A DNA stretch of 64,000 bases from Amoebidium appalachense. Its lineage: Eukaryota > Protista > Ichthyosporea. Both the position numbers and the translations under genes were made by a program. This document shows, piece after piece, positions 30,207-62,176 of the stretch (positions are counted from its first letter, which is position 1; every line of letters starts with the position of its first letter). The DNA lies in assembly GCA_963693365.1 (NCBI GenBank), contig CAVNZM010000012.1, positions 3,671,617 to 3,735,616 of the forward strand, given 5' to 3'. The notes below the pieces were generated by a model. It was given only the letters and a program-made list of their open reading frames with translations, did no database searches and was not told where the DNA came from.

Positions 30207-30237
30207 TGACGTCAAAGATCTGGTATTTGTGACGTCA
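30207..30237. promoter_or_regulatory. Two perfect CRE/ATF palindromes (TGACGTCA) upstream of the riboflavin synthase gene
   Basis: TGACGTCA at 30207-30214 and 30230-30237, with CCAAT-type boxes near 30110 and 30164, about 200-330 bp before the ATG at 30441. Function is inferred only. Confidence 0.4.
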
Positions 30238-30440
30238 TTTTAAAAAGTTGTTTTTCCAATTTGCAGGAATAATTGGGTACACATTTTTGAACTAATCATT
30301 CAACTCATTTCTCTAGTGCACCCACACAGCTGCTTGTTCTGTATCTTTTTTCGTTTTGTTTTTGTTTGTTCGAGAACATTCGCTTCTTCCCACTTCACAT
30401 TCCCACCCACGTGCTCCCCTCTTTCTTCTTAGCCACCACC

Positions 30441-34928
<4,488 letters not shown>

Positions 34929-35137
34929 ATTTAAAATGTTAATGCCAAATTTAGATGACACTTTGTAATGTATGGGTGGATGGGTGGCGCGGTGGAGTGA
35001 GTAGTTAATATATACTCGTAGCTGTGTTGTCTGTGGATCATAAGAGCTTTGTGTCCCAGGTCTGTAATCTGTTTACTTGTACCGTGGTATTTATGGTGTA
35101 CATTTCGCTGTACATACTCCTTCTGTGCTCATGCTGT

Positions 35138-35188
<51 letters not shown>

Positions 35189-35316
35189 CTTCCTTCAAAC
35201 ACACATAACAAAGACATGCACACACGCCCGCCTATAAAGGCCAATCCCCGTCCCATCTTCCCCCCCCCCCCCCCCCCCCCCCCCCCGTACTTCGTACCGT
35301 GTTCCGCATTCAACCC

Positions 35317-35389
<73 letters not shown>

Positions 35390-36153
35390 TTCTTAAATTT
35401 GTCTTACCGTTTTGTGGGCAAGTGAAATGTCTACAAACGATGCACACAATGTGACACCAACATACACACAGTGGTACTGTACTATTCCCTGCTTTATGCG
35501 TTTCAACATTTGCCAATTGCAGCACGGTGCGGTTTGTTCTTGCAGGCTTTTGTGGCCCGCTTATTAGGATGTGCGACTGTGCCATCACCAGGCTCTCGAT
35601 CCCCGCCTTTTTATTATCTTTTTCTTTTCTTTTCTTTTTTTTTCCCTTGATTTTTTGTTTCATTGTTTCCGTTTGTTTTGTCTTTTTTGACTCTGGCCCC
35701 TTGTTTCCTTTCATTCTTTATAGTGGCAACGAAACAACTGATCTTCTCTGTGTTGTTCGAACGAAGTGCATGTTCTATCTTAGCCCCACCACTGAGTTCT
35801 TCAGCCATTTCCCATCTCTGATAAGGAATAAAGAACCCAAAGGCTTCATTATGACATTGCAGTGAACCACGAAATTCATGCCCCCCCTCCCCCCGGCCCC
35901 TCCCGCCTCCGCGTGGGCCCCCTCCTCCCCTGCGCACCCGAGGGGCCCTCCACACACACACACGTACACATACACACGCACACAGACACACACACAAACA
36001 AACACACACACACACCACTACCACCACCTTCCACCTCCCGACCGGTCACCACCGTGTGGCACCACCACGCAAAGTGATGACGTGGCCACAAAACCAACAA
36101 ATAACCTTGCAAAACTAAAAAAAAGAAAATTTAAAAATTAAGAGGCCACGGGG

Positions 36154-36204
<51 letters not shown>

Positions 36205-37595
36205 AGGTCAAATCCATATTAATCCAATTGCAACTAGGTTTTTTGAACGAGCCGTTTTTTGTGGAGTGTGTAGTAGCGTGCGCATTCAATTTGATCACGC
36301 GAAGGTGCCAAACACGTGAAGTGCACACCAAGCGGCATGCGTGCACATGGGCTGCGCGGATATCTTGGCAATTCTGATTATGGTCCATGGCTTGGGACCC
36401 CATCGAATTGATGAGTTGCACATGCTGGTATATTGTGCTTTGAAACTAGTTATCGATAGGCTGTAAATCTTCACGATAGAAAAAAAATCGTTCAACCCCA
36501 CATCTACTAGCCTCAATCAGGCCATCTGCACACAGGATCCTACTCGAGGTGTGTGTTCACAGCGTAAGTAATGGTGCAAAATGGCCAAATCATTATGGTC
36601 TTCATACAGTCATAAAACGAGTGCTCTGTCAAGTTTTCCGTTTCAAACAAAGAGCTGGAGAATGAGAATATTACAGGCCTGAGTACGGATGGACGTGGGT
36701 GCCCTCACAATAAATATAACTCTGTCGTTGCCAACTAGCGAGGTCACGAAGACTGCCTGCTCTTGTCCAGGCTGCCCGTACATGTGTAAACAAAAAAGAC
36801 TACCTAAAAAGGCAAAAAAGGAAACCGGTGAGAAGGCTACGCATACAGGCTTTTATATCTTATCTTTCATTGGGTGAGTCTATACCAATTTGGGCCAACA
36901 CAGGCAGGTGCACGTGCAAGTGTGGATTCTCAGCTCGACCGGGCCCGTTTAAAATATCTCTCTCTGCCAGCACATCCTAGAATAGACTTCTATGTGTTTC
37001 CCCATGTAAGCTGGAATTCAAGGGAAAGTATGTACGTATGCGGGCAATGGACATTGGACAATCGGGAGCGCTACTGTAGGAGGCATGGCTACGGATTCAA
37101 ATTTAAAAGACAGCTTTGATTTGGTTAAGGTCATGAGCTGTTATTATAACATGCCTGAGATTCCACAACAGAGCCGGCCTCTTCGGTCAGCAGGTGCCTG
37201 GTTGTCTTTCGAGCTCTTGGACTTTTTCTAGCAGAAATATGCGCTAAGAACGAGAGAAGTAACTTTTTTCTTCACATTTTCTTCTTACTGGTGAATGGTT
37301 CACCTCCTATTCCTTTTTAAACAAAAAGAAGTTTACGCTGTCGGATCCTGCGCAGGCTGATTTAGATCCCGGCATGTGCGGGTATAGTGCACTATCACTT
37401 GATTGGCTGTTGAATGTAAAATCCTTTTTGATTGGTCGTCCGTTACAGTGTGGTCAGATCCCTCGGAACAAAAAGCGGCGACTTAGCCATTTTGCTCACT
37501 TTCTCCCTTTTTTTTTTATGCCGAGGAAGGAGGGGGTTCCTTCCCTTTTTCATTCACCCGCCACACGACAAAAGGGGTGAGCAGACGAACGAACA

Positions 37596-44652
<7,057 letters not shown>

Positions 44653-46533
44653 AATTCCGCCCACGATTAATAAGCCCCCCCCTTTCCGAAAGGGTTTGAG
44701 TTTATGAGTTTAGTTTAAGCTTTGGCACTCCCCCTAGTTTGGGGATTGGTAAAATGGAGATGGAGGTTCTTTTGTAGGTTGCTAGGGGGGTTTTTTTTAA
44801 CGTTTTTCTGGTGTGGGTGGTTAAATGAACGTTTGTGTTTGTAGGCAACAAAGTGAACGCAAGCACTTTTGCGCCTTTATAGTCTTGGTTGCATAGCCTG
44901 GAATATTATTTTTCAGGTTTGAAAGATAAGACAAACCTACCACGGAAGTGCCATTTTTCCTTCCTATTTGCCGTGTATTTTCATACTTAGATTCATAGGC
45001 CAAAACATAGGGCTGTCCTCTGTGTAGTAATAAAACACTTCTGGCTTCTAGGCGATTGGATCGAAAATTGGGTACATACTGTGCATTACTTACGTAATCA
45101 TGAGTGTTGTGAATCTGGTTTGCATACAGTCCCCCGGAGTCCCCCCCCCCCCCCCCCCCCCCCCCACTACCCCCCTCCCCCACCTCCCCCCTCCCACCTC
45201 CACCCCACCTGCCCCCCCGTCCTCCCTCACCTACCCACACACCCACCCACTCGTTATCAAACCTACCCTCCTCTTTCACACATGTACAAAGATGACACCC
45301 CTGGCTACCATATCATCATCGATCACTGCACGAACCTACACCCGTTTTTTTTTCTTTTTTTGCCATTTCTCGTTTCAAATGATGCAAGATGGTGACTATC
45401 GGTATTATCACGCACCAGCAAAGGGTGACGTATATATATAATCCGTGCAGTCTGTGCCAAAACAAGGATCTGCCAGAAACGAGCGATGCTTCGCGTCTTA
45501 CACCAGCATCCGACCGTAGAGTATGTGGCATAGCGCTCCCGGTCACACATTTATCGGGCCGGCCAGGTGTACAGTCCGTCCCATAACAATAACACCGTGA
45601 ACTAGTTTCCTCCCCCCACTCTACCCAAATCCTCCCTGCATTCACACATGCCACATGTGCAGTGCGCAAAGTCACTAAGCACCCTTGGGCAATGTAATGG
45701 CTTGATTTCCGTGCCTTAAAAGTGATCTGACACATCATAATCATACAAGTATCAGCAGGGCGGCCTGCCCGGTATCCGCATACATGAAAAACTATTAATC
45801 AGTACCTGTTTGGTGCAAGCAGCACACAGAACCACACGAATCATGGCACACATCGTCATACATGGGAAACATACTCTCACTCACACTGTTGAATGTCTAG
45901 CTATAGCTATAGAAAAGGAAAAAAGCTGGGGTCCCCGGGGAGGGGGGGGGGGGGGGAGGGGGGGGGGGGGCGGAGGGGGTTGGCTGAAGGAACACCCATG
46001 CTGCAACAAATGACATCATCATCATAATAAGTATTCTACATGTTGGAAAATAGCGCTAATATTAGTCACCACAACTTTGTATCCTCGATAGATCCCGGGG
46101 AGGGGCGAACCCTAAATGCGGCGAGAAGCACCATATGCTGCTGGGTCATCTTAGGCAGGCAGATGGGAGGTACACGTGCGTATGTGTCTTTTTTTTTTGG
46201 GGGGGGGGGGGGGGGGGGAGGAGGGGGGGGGGGGGGCAGTGTTCCTGGAAAGCATCATCCGTGGTTCAAACAGTTTGAATTTTGTTTACTTGCACTGTGT
46301 TTGTCTGTGCTTCAGTTTTCGGTAGGACAAAGGCTTGGCCAGTGTACATAATGCACCACTACCGGATGCACACGGTTTACGAAGACTCTTAAGATAACAC
46401 TGCTTGTTTCTGATGATTTATTAGCATCGTACCAGTCTATGTAGCAACTAACTAACCTCACTACGATGCAGAAGGAAGTAAAAGCCGCACCGTGCGTGTG
46501 TGCGTACTTTAGTGTGTGTGCGTGCGTGTGTGT

Positions 46534-46600
<67 letters not shown>

Positions 46601-46861
46601 ACGTGCATACGTGTGTACGCGAGTACATGCCTGTGAAACGAGCGTGTCCATTCCACCAATCAAATCCGTTTTCTGCTCTTCTTCTACGGGAATACCATCA
46701 TCACTACCTTCCCTCACCTTACATTCCATATCAACCATATATACACCTTAAAAATCCTGCACAGAGCAGGTCCAGCACCGATTTGGTTACTAAGTAATCG
46801 TGGTGCTCATCACCTACTAATTAGCAGTCATCCATGTGTAACCACCACAACCTCGGGGAGG

Positions 46862-46893
<32 letters not shown>

Positions 46894-47337
46894 AGGAGGG
46901 GGAGGAGGGGGGAAGGGGGGGGGGGGGGGGGGGGGGGGGGAAAGAAAAAAAAGAAAAAAAAAGGGAAAAAAAATTGATAAACAGGCACCACTGGGCCAAA
47001 AATAAAAATTACAAGGCAACCATTTTCCAAATGGTTACATACCAGGTCGACGTCATTGCAATTCTCCTCTTGCCGATTGCGTCTCTCAGTACACCTATCA
47101 CTCTCCGAAAACCTGCCATATATCCATGTTCATATCAATCCGTACCATTTTTACATACAGATTGCAGGAGAACTCGCGTTTCATATGTTTCACCAGCAGT
47201 TCAGCCAAAAAAAACCCCCCCCCCCCGAAAAAAAAACTCAAACAGACCACCTCAAACCGGGCAGCCTTTCGCCCCGTCCCACGGAAAAGCCGTCCCGTTC
47301 AATTGCGATCCCGTCGGCAAATTTCCATTGCTGCTCG

Positions 47338-56482
<9,145 letters not shown>

Positions 56483-57477
56483 TAATTAAAATTCTTACTG
56501 AAACTAAAGGTAACTCCTGTTCAAATAACGCTGACAAAATTTCCCTCCTTCAGTGGTGTTTTATGCTGACACTACCGTTTGTTGACCAAACAACCACAGG
56601 AATCGAGAGAGTAAAGAAGAAAAGATCAATGTTTCAAACTCAGGCGCCGGAAGGAAGAATCAGTGTGTGTGGGAAGCGCAATTGCCCGTTTCCTGATATG
56701 TGCAAAAAAACCAAACACAAGGTATGCTCATCTAACGAAGGTTTGAAGTGTGTAGGAAATAGGGTCTCAAGAGTGACAATCTAAGAAGCTAGTGTTCTTC
56801 CCGACTTAAGGCCGTCAGTAATCGCACGGTTTACTTCTCCGTTTCCGTACTGCTGAAACGTACACGGATCGTTCCCATGACCTTTGAAGATTCTTCAAAA
56901 AACAACGTTGAAAAATGATACAGCTCGAATTTTGGCCCTTCTTTTTTTATGTTCCTGTATGCTCGGCCATAAACCCCAAACCACGCTATAGAGGAGCTTG
57001 AACACACGAGGGCACCGACGTTGAGTTTTGGCTTTCTCGTGGCTCGGAGCGCATTGGAGTCATGGCATTCCAGATCAAGTTGTGGGGGGTGCAATATTCG
57101 AATTTCAAAAATTCTTCTCTTGGTAAAGTTCAGCTAACGTAGATGTTAGAGGCTAAAAAATACTATATTATACAATATGTTAAAGTATTTGATGAATAAA
57201 TAATTATTTACCGTATTATAAGAAATCATCTCTTGGCGTAAAGAACAACATTATTGATCACACTGCACAGTGTTCTAGAATCTAGATTTCGAGATATTTG
57301 CTCACATCCAGATTCAAGAAGGCTGCTGAAGGTCTAGGGTGATTGAGGCAATTTCTTATCTCCATGTCTGTATTGGCGGAGACGTAATCACCATCAGCTG
57401 CTGATTGGATAAGATTTCCTTGCTAATTTGATTGGATAATAGTGCACCATGCTACAAGTAAACTTGAAAGATGGGAC

Positions 57478-57703
57478 CAGGGTGTGAAATTTGTTTTTGG
57501 CTGGTGCCATTTTGGTGCCTTTCCACCAGCCTGGATGGCCCTAACAGAGCCAACAACCGTTTTTGGGCGTATTTTCTTATAGATTTGGCTCTGTTAGGGC
57601 CAATTTTTGGAAAATTGATGGACCTAACCTCAAAAAGTTAGGGACAATATTCGGACTTTTAGGGGCAATTTTCTGGCCGTTAACCCCCTAATTTCACAGC
57701 CTG
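57478..57703. mobile_element. hAT-type MITE with terminal inverted repeats and an 8-bp target-site duplication
   Basis: TIRs CAGGGTGTGAAATT and AATTTCACAGCCTG (13 of 14 match). Both flanks are GATGGGAC (57470-57477 and 57704-57711). Internal inverted repeat GGCCCTAACAGAGCCAA / TTGGCTCTGTTAGGGCC. Confidence 0.9.
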
Positions 57704-59016
57704 GATGGGACTTTCAGCCCCATCCTGGGGGTGATCCGTAACAAGGGTAGCTACGTAACAAGAGGTACAGTACCTACTCAGAGTAGGAGGTCTTACTCTG
57801 CAACAGCGGCTTGCAAAAAGACTCTTAATTGCACAAATAAGTACACTTCACAATACCGCAGTGGGACTAAGTCACGTATCTACCGTGAAGTAGTCTGCAA
57901 TGTGCGAATCACTTGAGTTGCAAATCTTTGACCCTAGGAAAAAAAATGAGCACCTTCCCTCGCTTCTTTCAAACCAAGCTGTCTGTTTCCAATCCGCTGC
58001 CTGCTTGAGAATATTAAACATGTTACCAGTTGGAGTCAACTGTGTTTTGTTGTTTAGTTTCAGCAACTTGAATAAAGGCAGTGGCCAACACAAGTCTCCA
58101 CTTGAGGCAGGTGAAGTACTCGAATACAACCTCTGCTTTGTTGACATTTCTTTCTGATGGAAGATTTAAGAGAAGAGTTTGTTTCCTCTCGTGCTCATGA
58201 AGGGCTCATGCAGCAGCTTAAAACGTATCAAGTCTCTTTCTCAATCCTTAAGTAGGCCGGGAGATGAGAACGTGCCCAAAGCTGATTTCTATCGTGTGTT
58301 CGAGGAAGGTGGTGAAACTACTGTAGGAGGCCAAGTCTTCGTCAAACGTGCACATATGTACTCAACGATGTGATTCCACACGTTGGTCTGTACAACCGTA
58401 TGTATTGAATACTTCGCTGAATCCACTACAATATGTGAAGGTTGGTTGTTTCGGGTAATCTTCAAAAACCCTGAGATGGGTGCTTTGCGCTGCCCAAAAG
58501 GAGCAGGTGTGGACTTATCGAAGCCTTTCCCAGAAATAGCACATCGCCGTGCCCGGTGATTCGGTATGCATCGCATTTAACCCTGCAAGTATATTCGTTG
58601 AAAGCTGTATCGATTTCCAGCCTGTTTTGTCTTACACTGCTAATTTCAAAGCCTTTGTTTGGAGTCACCTCTTACTTATGCCAGGTTTCAGCCACCAACC
58701 AAACACACTCCAAGGGAGAAGAGACGGTTCAGCCACCTATAGCTATGAGAGGGCAATACAAGAGCTCGAGGTTCATAATTTTCACTCTTGCCTGCAGAAA
58801 ACATGAGGACCTAATTAAACAATGCACAGGTCGTTTACTGTATGGCGTACACGCGGCACTTGTAACCCACGTTTACTAGAAACATCAAGTGTGGTGAGCG
58901 CCAATACTAATATATACTAATATGAGTAACTTATGTGTGATCACGATGCCGGCACTCTTCTGGCTTCGAAGTCATAAATGACTGTGGCCTGGTCTATACA
59001 CATGGCAGCGATTGCA

Positions 59017-59210
59017 TGGTTCCCTTCTACTCTCTCGGTGCGCACAAATACTGGCACTGTGAAGGACAGGGGAGTGCACCCAAGATAGCACGGTAGCAGT
59101 GAGCTGCCCTGGTGGTTCCCTTCTACTCTCTCGGTGCGCACAAATACTGCACTGTGAAGGACAGGGGAGCGCACCCAAGATAGCACAGTAGCAGTGAGCT
59201 GCCCTGGTGG
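59017..59210. repeat. Tandem duplication, period about 96 bp
   Basis: TGGTTCCCTTCTACTCTCTCGGTGCGCACAAATACTG...AGTGAGCTGCCCTGG occurs twice with few differences. Confidence 0.9.
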
Positions 59211-59995
59211 CAACAAAAAGTTGGAAACAGGGCCGGCACACAGAACGGAGACTGATGATGGCTTATGCCGCTAATGAACTGGCGCCGGCTTCAAAAAATG
59301 CGAAAAATGTTACGGAACGTCAAAAACGATGTTATTGGTGCATGGGTTTCTTGAACGCTGGCAATACAACAGTATTGGTAATCTACGGAGTCATCCAGGT
59401 TTAATTGTAAATGTTGCGACACTAAATTAGTGCTCTATATCAAAGAGCTCTCTGAAGATAATAACCGCCGTAGGCAATAAACACTTCCCTGAACAGTAAC
59501 TTGACTGTAAATTGGTGCGAAACGCTAAAAAACGTCTTTGTGCGTTACCGAGAGTCAATCACGTCTCACCAAAAGCATTTGCACTCCTCTATATAACGCC
59601 TTTGACCAATCGTTGAGCGTCAACAACTAATCATTTGCTTCATTCTGATTGGTTGTCACACCACGGGATTTCCCGATTGTTCTTCCAATGACATTTTCTA
59701 TCACTATCGACAGTTCTCCAATATTAGAACAGAAAACGGTTTATACCCAGATGGCCAGATGGCCAGATCAAATTCAGTCTGTGAGCAGGGGGGGGGGATC
59801 CACCTGAAGTCAAAACAATCTGGCCATCTGGCCATGTGGCCATAGAATAGATTAGCATGTAAGGCACTGGCTGCCACCACTGGGGGCCGTGGTTCCGGCA
59901 GCAGGGGGGGCACAGGAGCAGGGGAGGCACACGTGCACAGGAGGCTGGGGAGAGTGGGGGAACCATGGTTGTGTGATACTATCTATCCCCCATGT

Positions 59996-60424
59996 ATGGC
60001 TGAGTTAAGACCATTTGTTCATGTAGCACGGCGCAATGGAAGTGTGGAGAAAGTGGTGCGTGACATGCTTGCTGATAAGCTTAATGGTACTGTTGAAGTT
60101 AATACAATACACGGGCGAATTGATATACTTACAGCTACCGAGCTGATTGAAGTTAAGTCATGGAACCTATACAAGACAGCAATGGGCCAGATAGTGTTCT
60201 ACCGTCTGAGCTATCCCATGCACCAGACACGTGTGCACTTTTATGGTAACGAGTTTCCAAAAGCAGCAAAGATTAAGAGCATTGTGGATGGCTTCATTCT
60301 GCATGGCATCCACGTGAGTGCCCAGTGTGGGATGGAAGTCATCTGGCTCACACAGATCAACAGCGACGGCCAATTGGAACTCAACAGAGAAGGCTTCACG
60401 GCACTGGTCATGCCTAGGTTCTAA
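59996..60424 (+). CDS. Intronless PD-(D/E)XK restriction-endonuclease-fold protein, copy 1 (142 aa)
   Basis: MAELRPF...EKVVRDMLADKLNGTVEVNTIHGRIDILTATELIEVKSWNLYKTAMGQIVFY...YPMHQTRVHFY shows the E...ID...ExK...AxGQxxxY pattern. AATAAA lies 4 bp after the stop. Confidence 0.75.
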   Translation: MAELRPFVHVARRNGSVEKVVRDMLADKLNGTVEVNTIHGRIDILTATELIEVKSWNLYKTAMGQIVFYRLSYPMHQTRVHFYGNEFPKAAKIKSIVDGFILHGIHVSAQCGMEVIWLTQINSDGQLELNREGFTALVMPRF

Positions 60425-60604
60425 TGCCAATAAAACCATCTTCTAGCATGCACGTGTTGGAATGCCACCACTGGGGGCCGTGGTTCCGGCAGCAGGGGGG
60501 GGCACACGTGCAGGGGAGGCAGGGGGGCTGGGGTGGCGCACGTGCACAGGAGGCTGGGGAGAGTGGGGGAACCATGGTTGTGTGATACTATCTATCCCCC
60601 ATGT

Positions 60605-61033
60605 ATGGCTGAGTTAAGACCATTTGTTCATGTAGCACGGCGCAATGGAAGTGTAGAGAAAGTGGTGCGTGACATGCTTGCTGATAAGCTTGATGGTACT
60701 GTTGAAGTTAATACAATACACGGGCGAATTGATATACTTACAGCTACCGAGCTGATTGAAGTTAAGTCATGGAACCTATACAAGACAGCAATGGGCCAGA
60801 TAGTGTTCTACCGTCTGAGCTATCCCATGCACCAGACACGTGTGCACTTTTATGGTAACGAGTTTCCAAAAGCAGCAAAGATTAAGAGCATTGTGGATGG
60901 CTTCATTCTGCATGGCATCCACGTGAGTGCCCAGTGTGGGATGGAAGTCATCTGGCTCACACAGATCAACAGCGACGGCCAATTGGAACTCAACAGAGAA
61001 GGCTTCACGGCACTGGTCATGCCTAGGTTCTAA
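60605..61033 (+). CDS. Intronless PD-(D/E)XK restriction-endonuclease-fold protein, copy 2 (142 aa)
   Basis: Lies 609 bp downstream of copy 1. I can see two substitutions (one silent GTG>GTA, one N>D). Same AATAAA after the stop. Confidence 0.75.
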   Translation: MAELRPFVHVARRNGSVEKVVRDMLADKLDGTVEVNTIHGRIDILTATELIEVKSWNLYKTAMGQIVFYRLSYPMHQTRVHFYGNEFPKAAKIKSIVDGFILHGIHVSAQCGMEVIWLTQINSDGQLELNREGFTALVMPRF

Positions 61034-61368
61034 TGCCAATAAAACCATCTTCTAGCATGCACGTGTTGGAATGCCACCACTGGGGGGCCTGGTTCCGGGA
61101 GGCAGGGGAGCAGGGGGGGCAGGGGAGGCAGGGGAGGCACGTGAGCACTCACTGGCCCTGCGCCGGGCCTGGTTCCGGGAGGCAGGGGAGCAGGGGGGGC
61201 ACCCAGTGTGTGGGTGTGCATATGGGCAGGGGAGCAGGGGGGCAGGGGGGCAGGGGAGCAGGGGGGACTGGGGAGCAGGGGGGACTGGGGAGACTGGCAT
61301 GCCACTCACGGGGAGGATAGTGTATGTTGGCACGTGTGGGTGTGTGGGTGATAAAGGCAGAAGCCACA

Positions 61369-61883
61369 ACACGTGTGGTGTCTAAACAGCCTATAGGCAT
61401 GCTCCGTGTGCAGGCACCAATTTCTACCCTCTTCTGGTTGGTGCCAAGAGGCAGCGCCCTACACGTGTGGTGTCTAAACAGCCTATAGGCATGCTCCGTG
61501 TGCAGGCACCAATTTCTACCCTCTTCTGGTTGGTGCCAAGAGGCAGCGCCCTACACGTGTGGTGTCTAAACAGCCTATAGGCATGCTCCGTGTGCAGGCA
61601 CCAATTTCTACCCTCTTCTGGTTGGTGCCAAGAGGCAGCGCCCTACACGTGTGGTGTCTAAACAGCCTATAGGCATGCTCCGTGTGCAGGCACCAATTTC
61701 TACCCTCTTCTGGTTGGTGCCAAGAGGCAGCGCCCTACACGTGTGGTGTCTAAACAGCCTATAGGCATGCTCCGTGTGCAGGCACCAATTTCTACCCTCT
61801 TCTGGTTGGTGCCAAGAGGCAGCGCCCTACACGTGTGGTGTCTAAACAGCCTATAGGCATGCTCCGTGTGCAGGCACCAATTT
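61369..61883. repeat. Perfect 92-bp tandem array (5 full copies + 1 partial), palindrome-rich
   Basis: Unit ACACGTGTGGTGTCTAAACAGCCTATAGGCATGCTCCGTGTGCAGGCACCAATTTCTACCCTCTTCTGGTTGGTGCCAAGAGGCAGCGCCCT starts at 61369, 61461, 61553, 61645, 61737 and 61829. Confidence 0.97.
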
Positions 61884-61918
61884 GTTGTGCCTTCCTTTTT
61901 TGGTTAGATCTATACCCG

Positions 61919-62080
61919 GCCAATGGTTAGCAGCCACGGGTTTGTTTTCATCAAGCTTAGACGTGATACTTTGCCAACCATCAAGGCCGTTTGAGTGACA
62001 ATGACCGTTGATTGGAGAGATCTATCCCATTGAGCCTTGGCACCATTGCTGTAAGCTGCTTTGTACCGTGGCATATAAAA
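61919..62080 (+). promoter_or_regulatory. Putative Pol II promoter for ORF 62177 (CCAAT boxes + TATA box)
   Basis: GGCCAAT at about 61919, ATTGG at about 62011 and TATAAAA at 62074-62080, about 100 bp before an ATG in good Kozak context (AAACATGG). Confidence 0.5.
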
Positions 62081-62176
62081 GCAGCACACACGGTCACATT
62101 CACTCATTTCAACACTGACACTCAATAGTAAAAGGCGACACACAACAAACTTGTTTTTCAAACACTCACACGAAAC

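Noticed and set aside
61369-61883. 92-bp array as a CRISPR or other spacer-containing guide array
   Set aside because: The units appear identical end to end with no variable spacers, and no cas-like gene is present.
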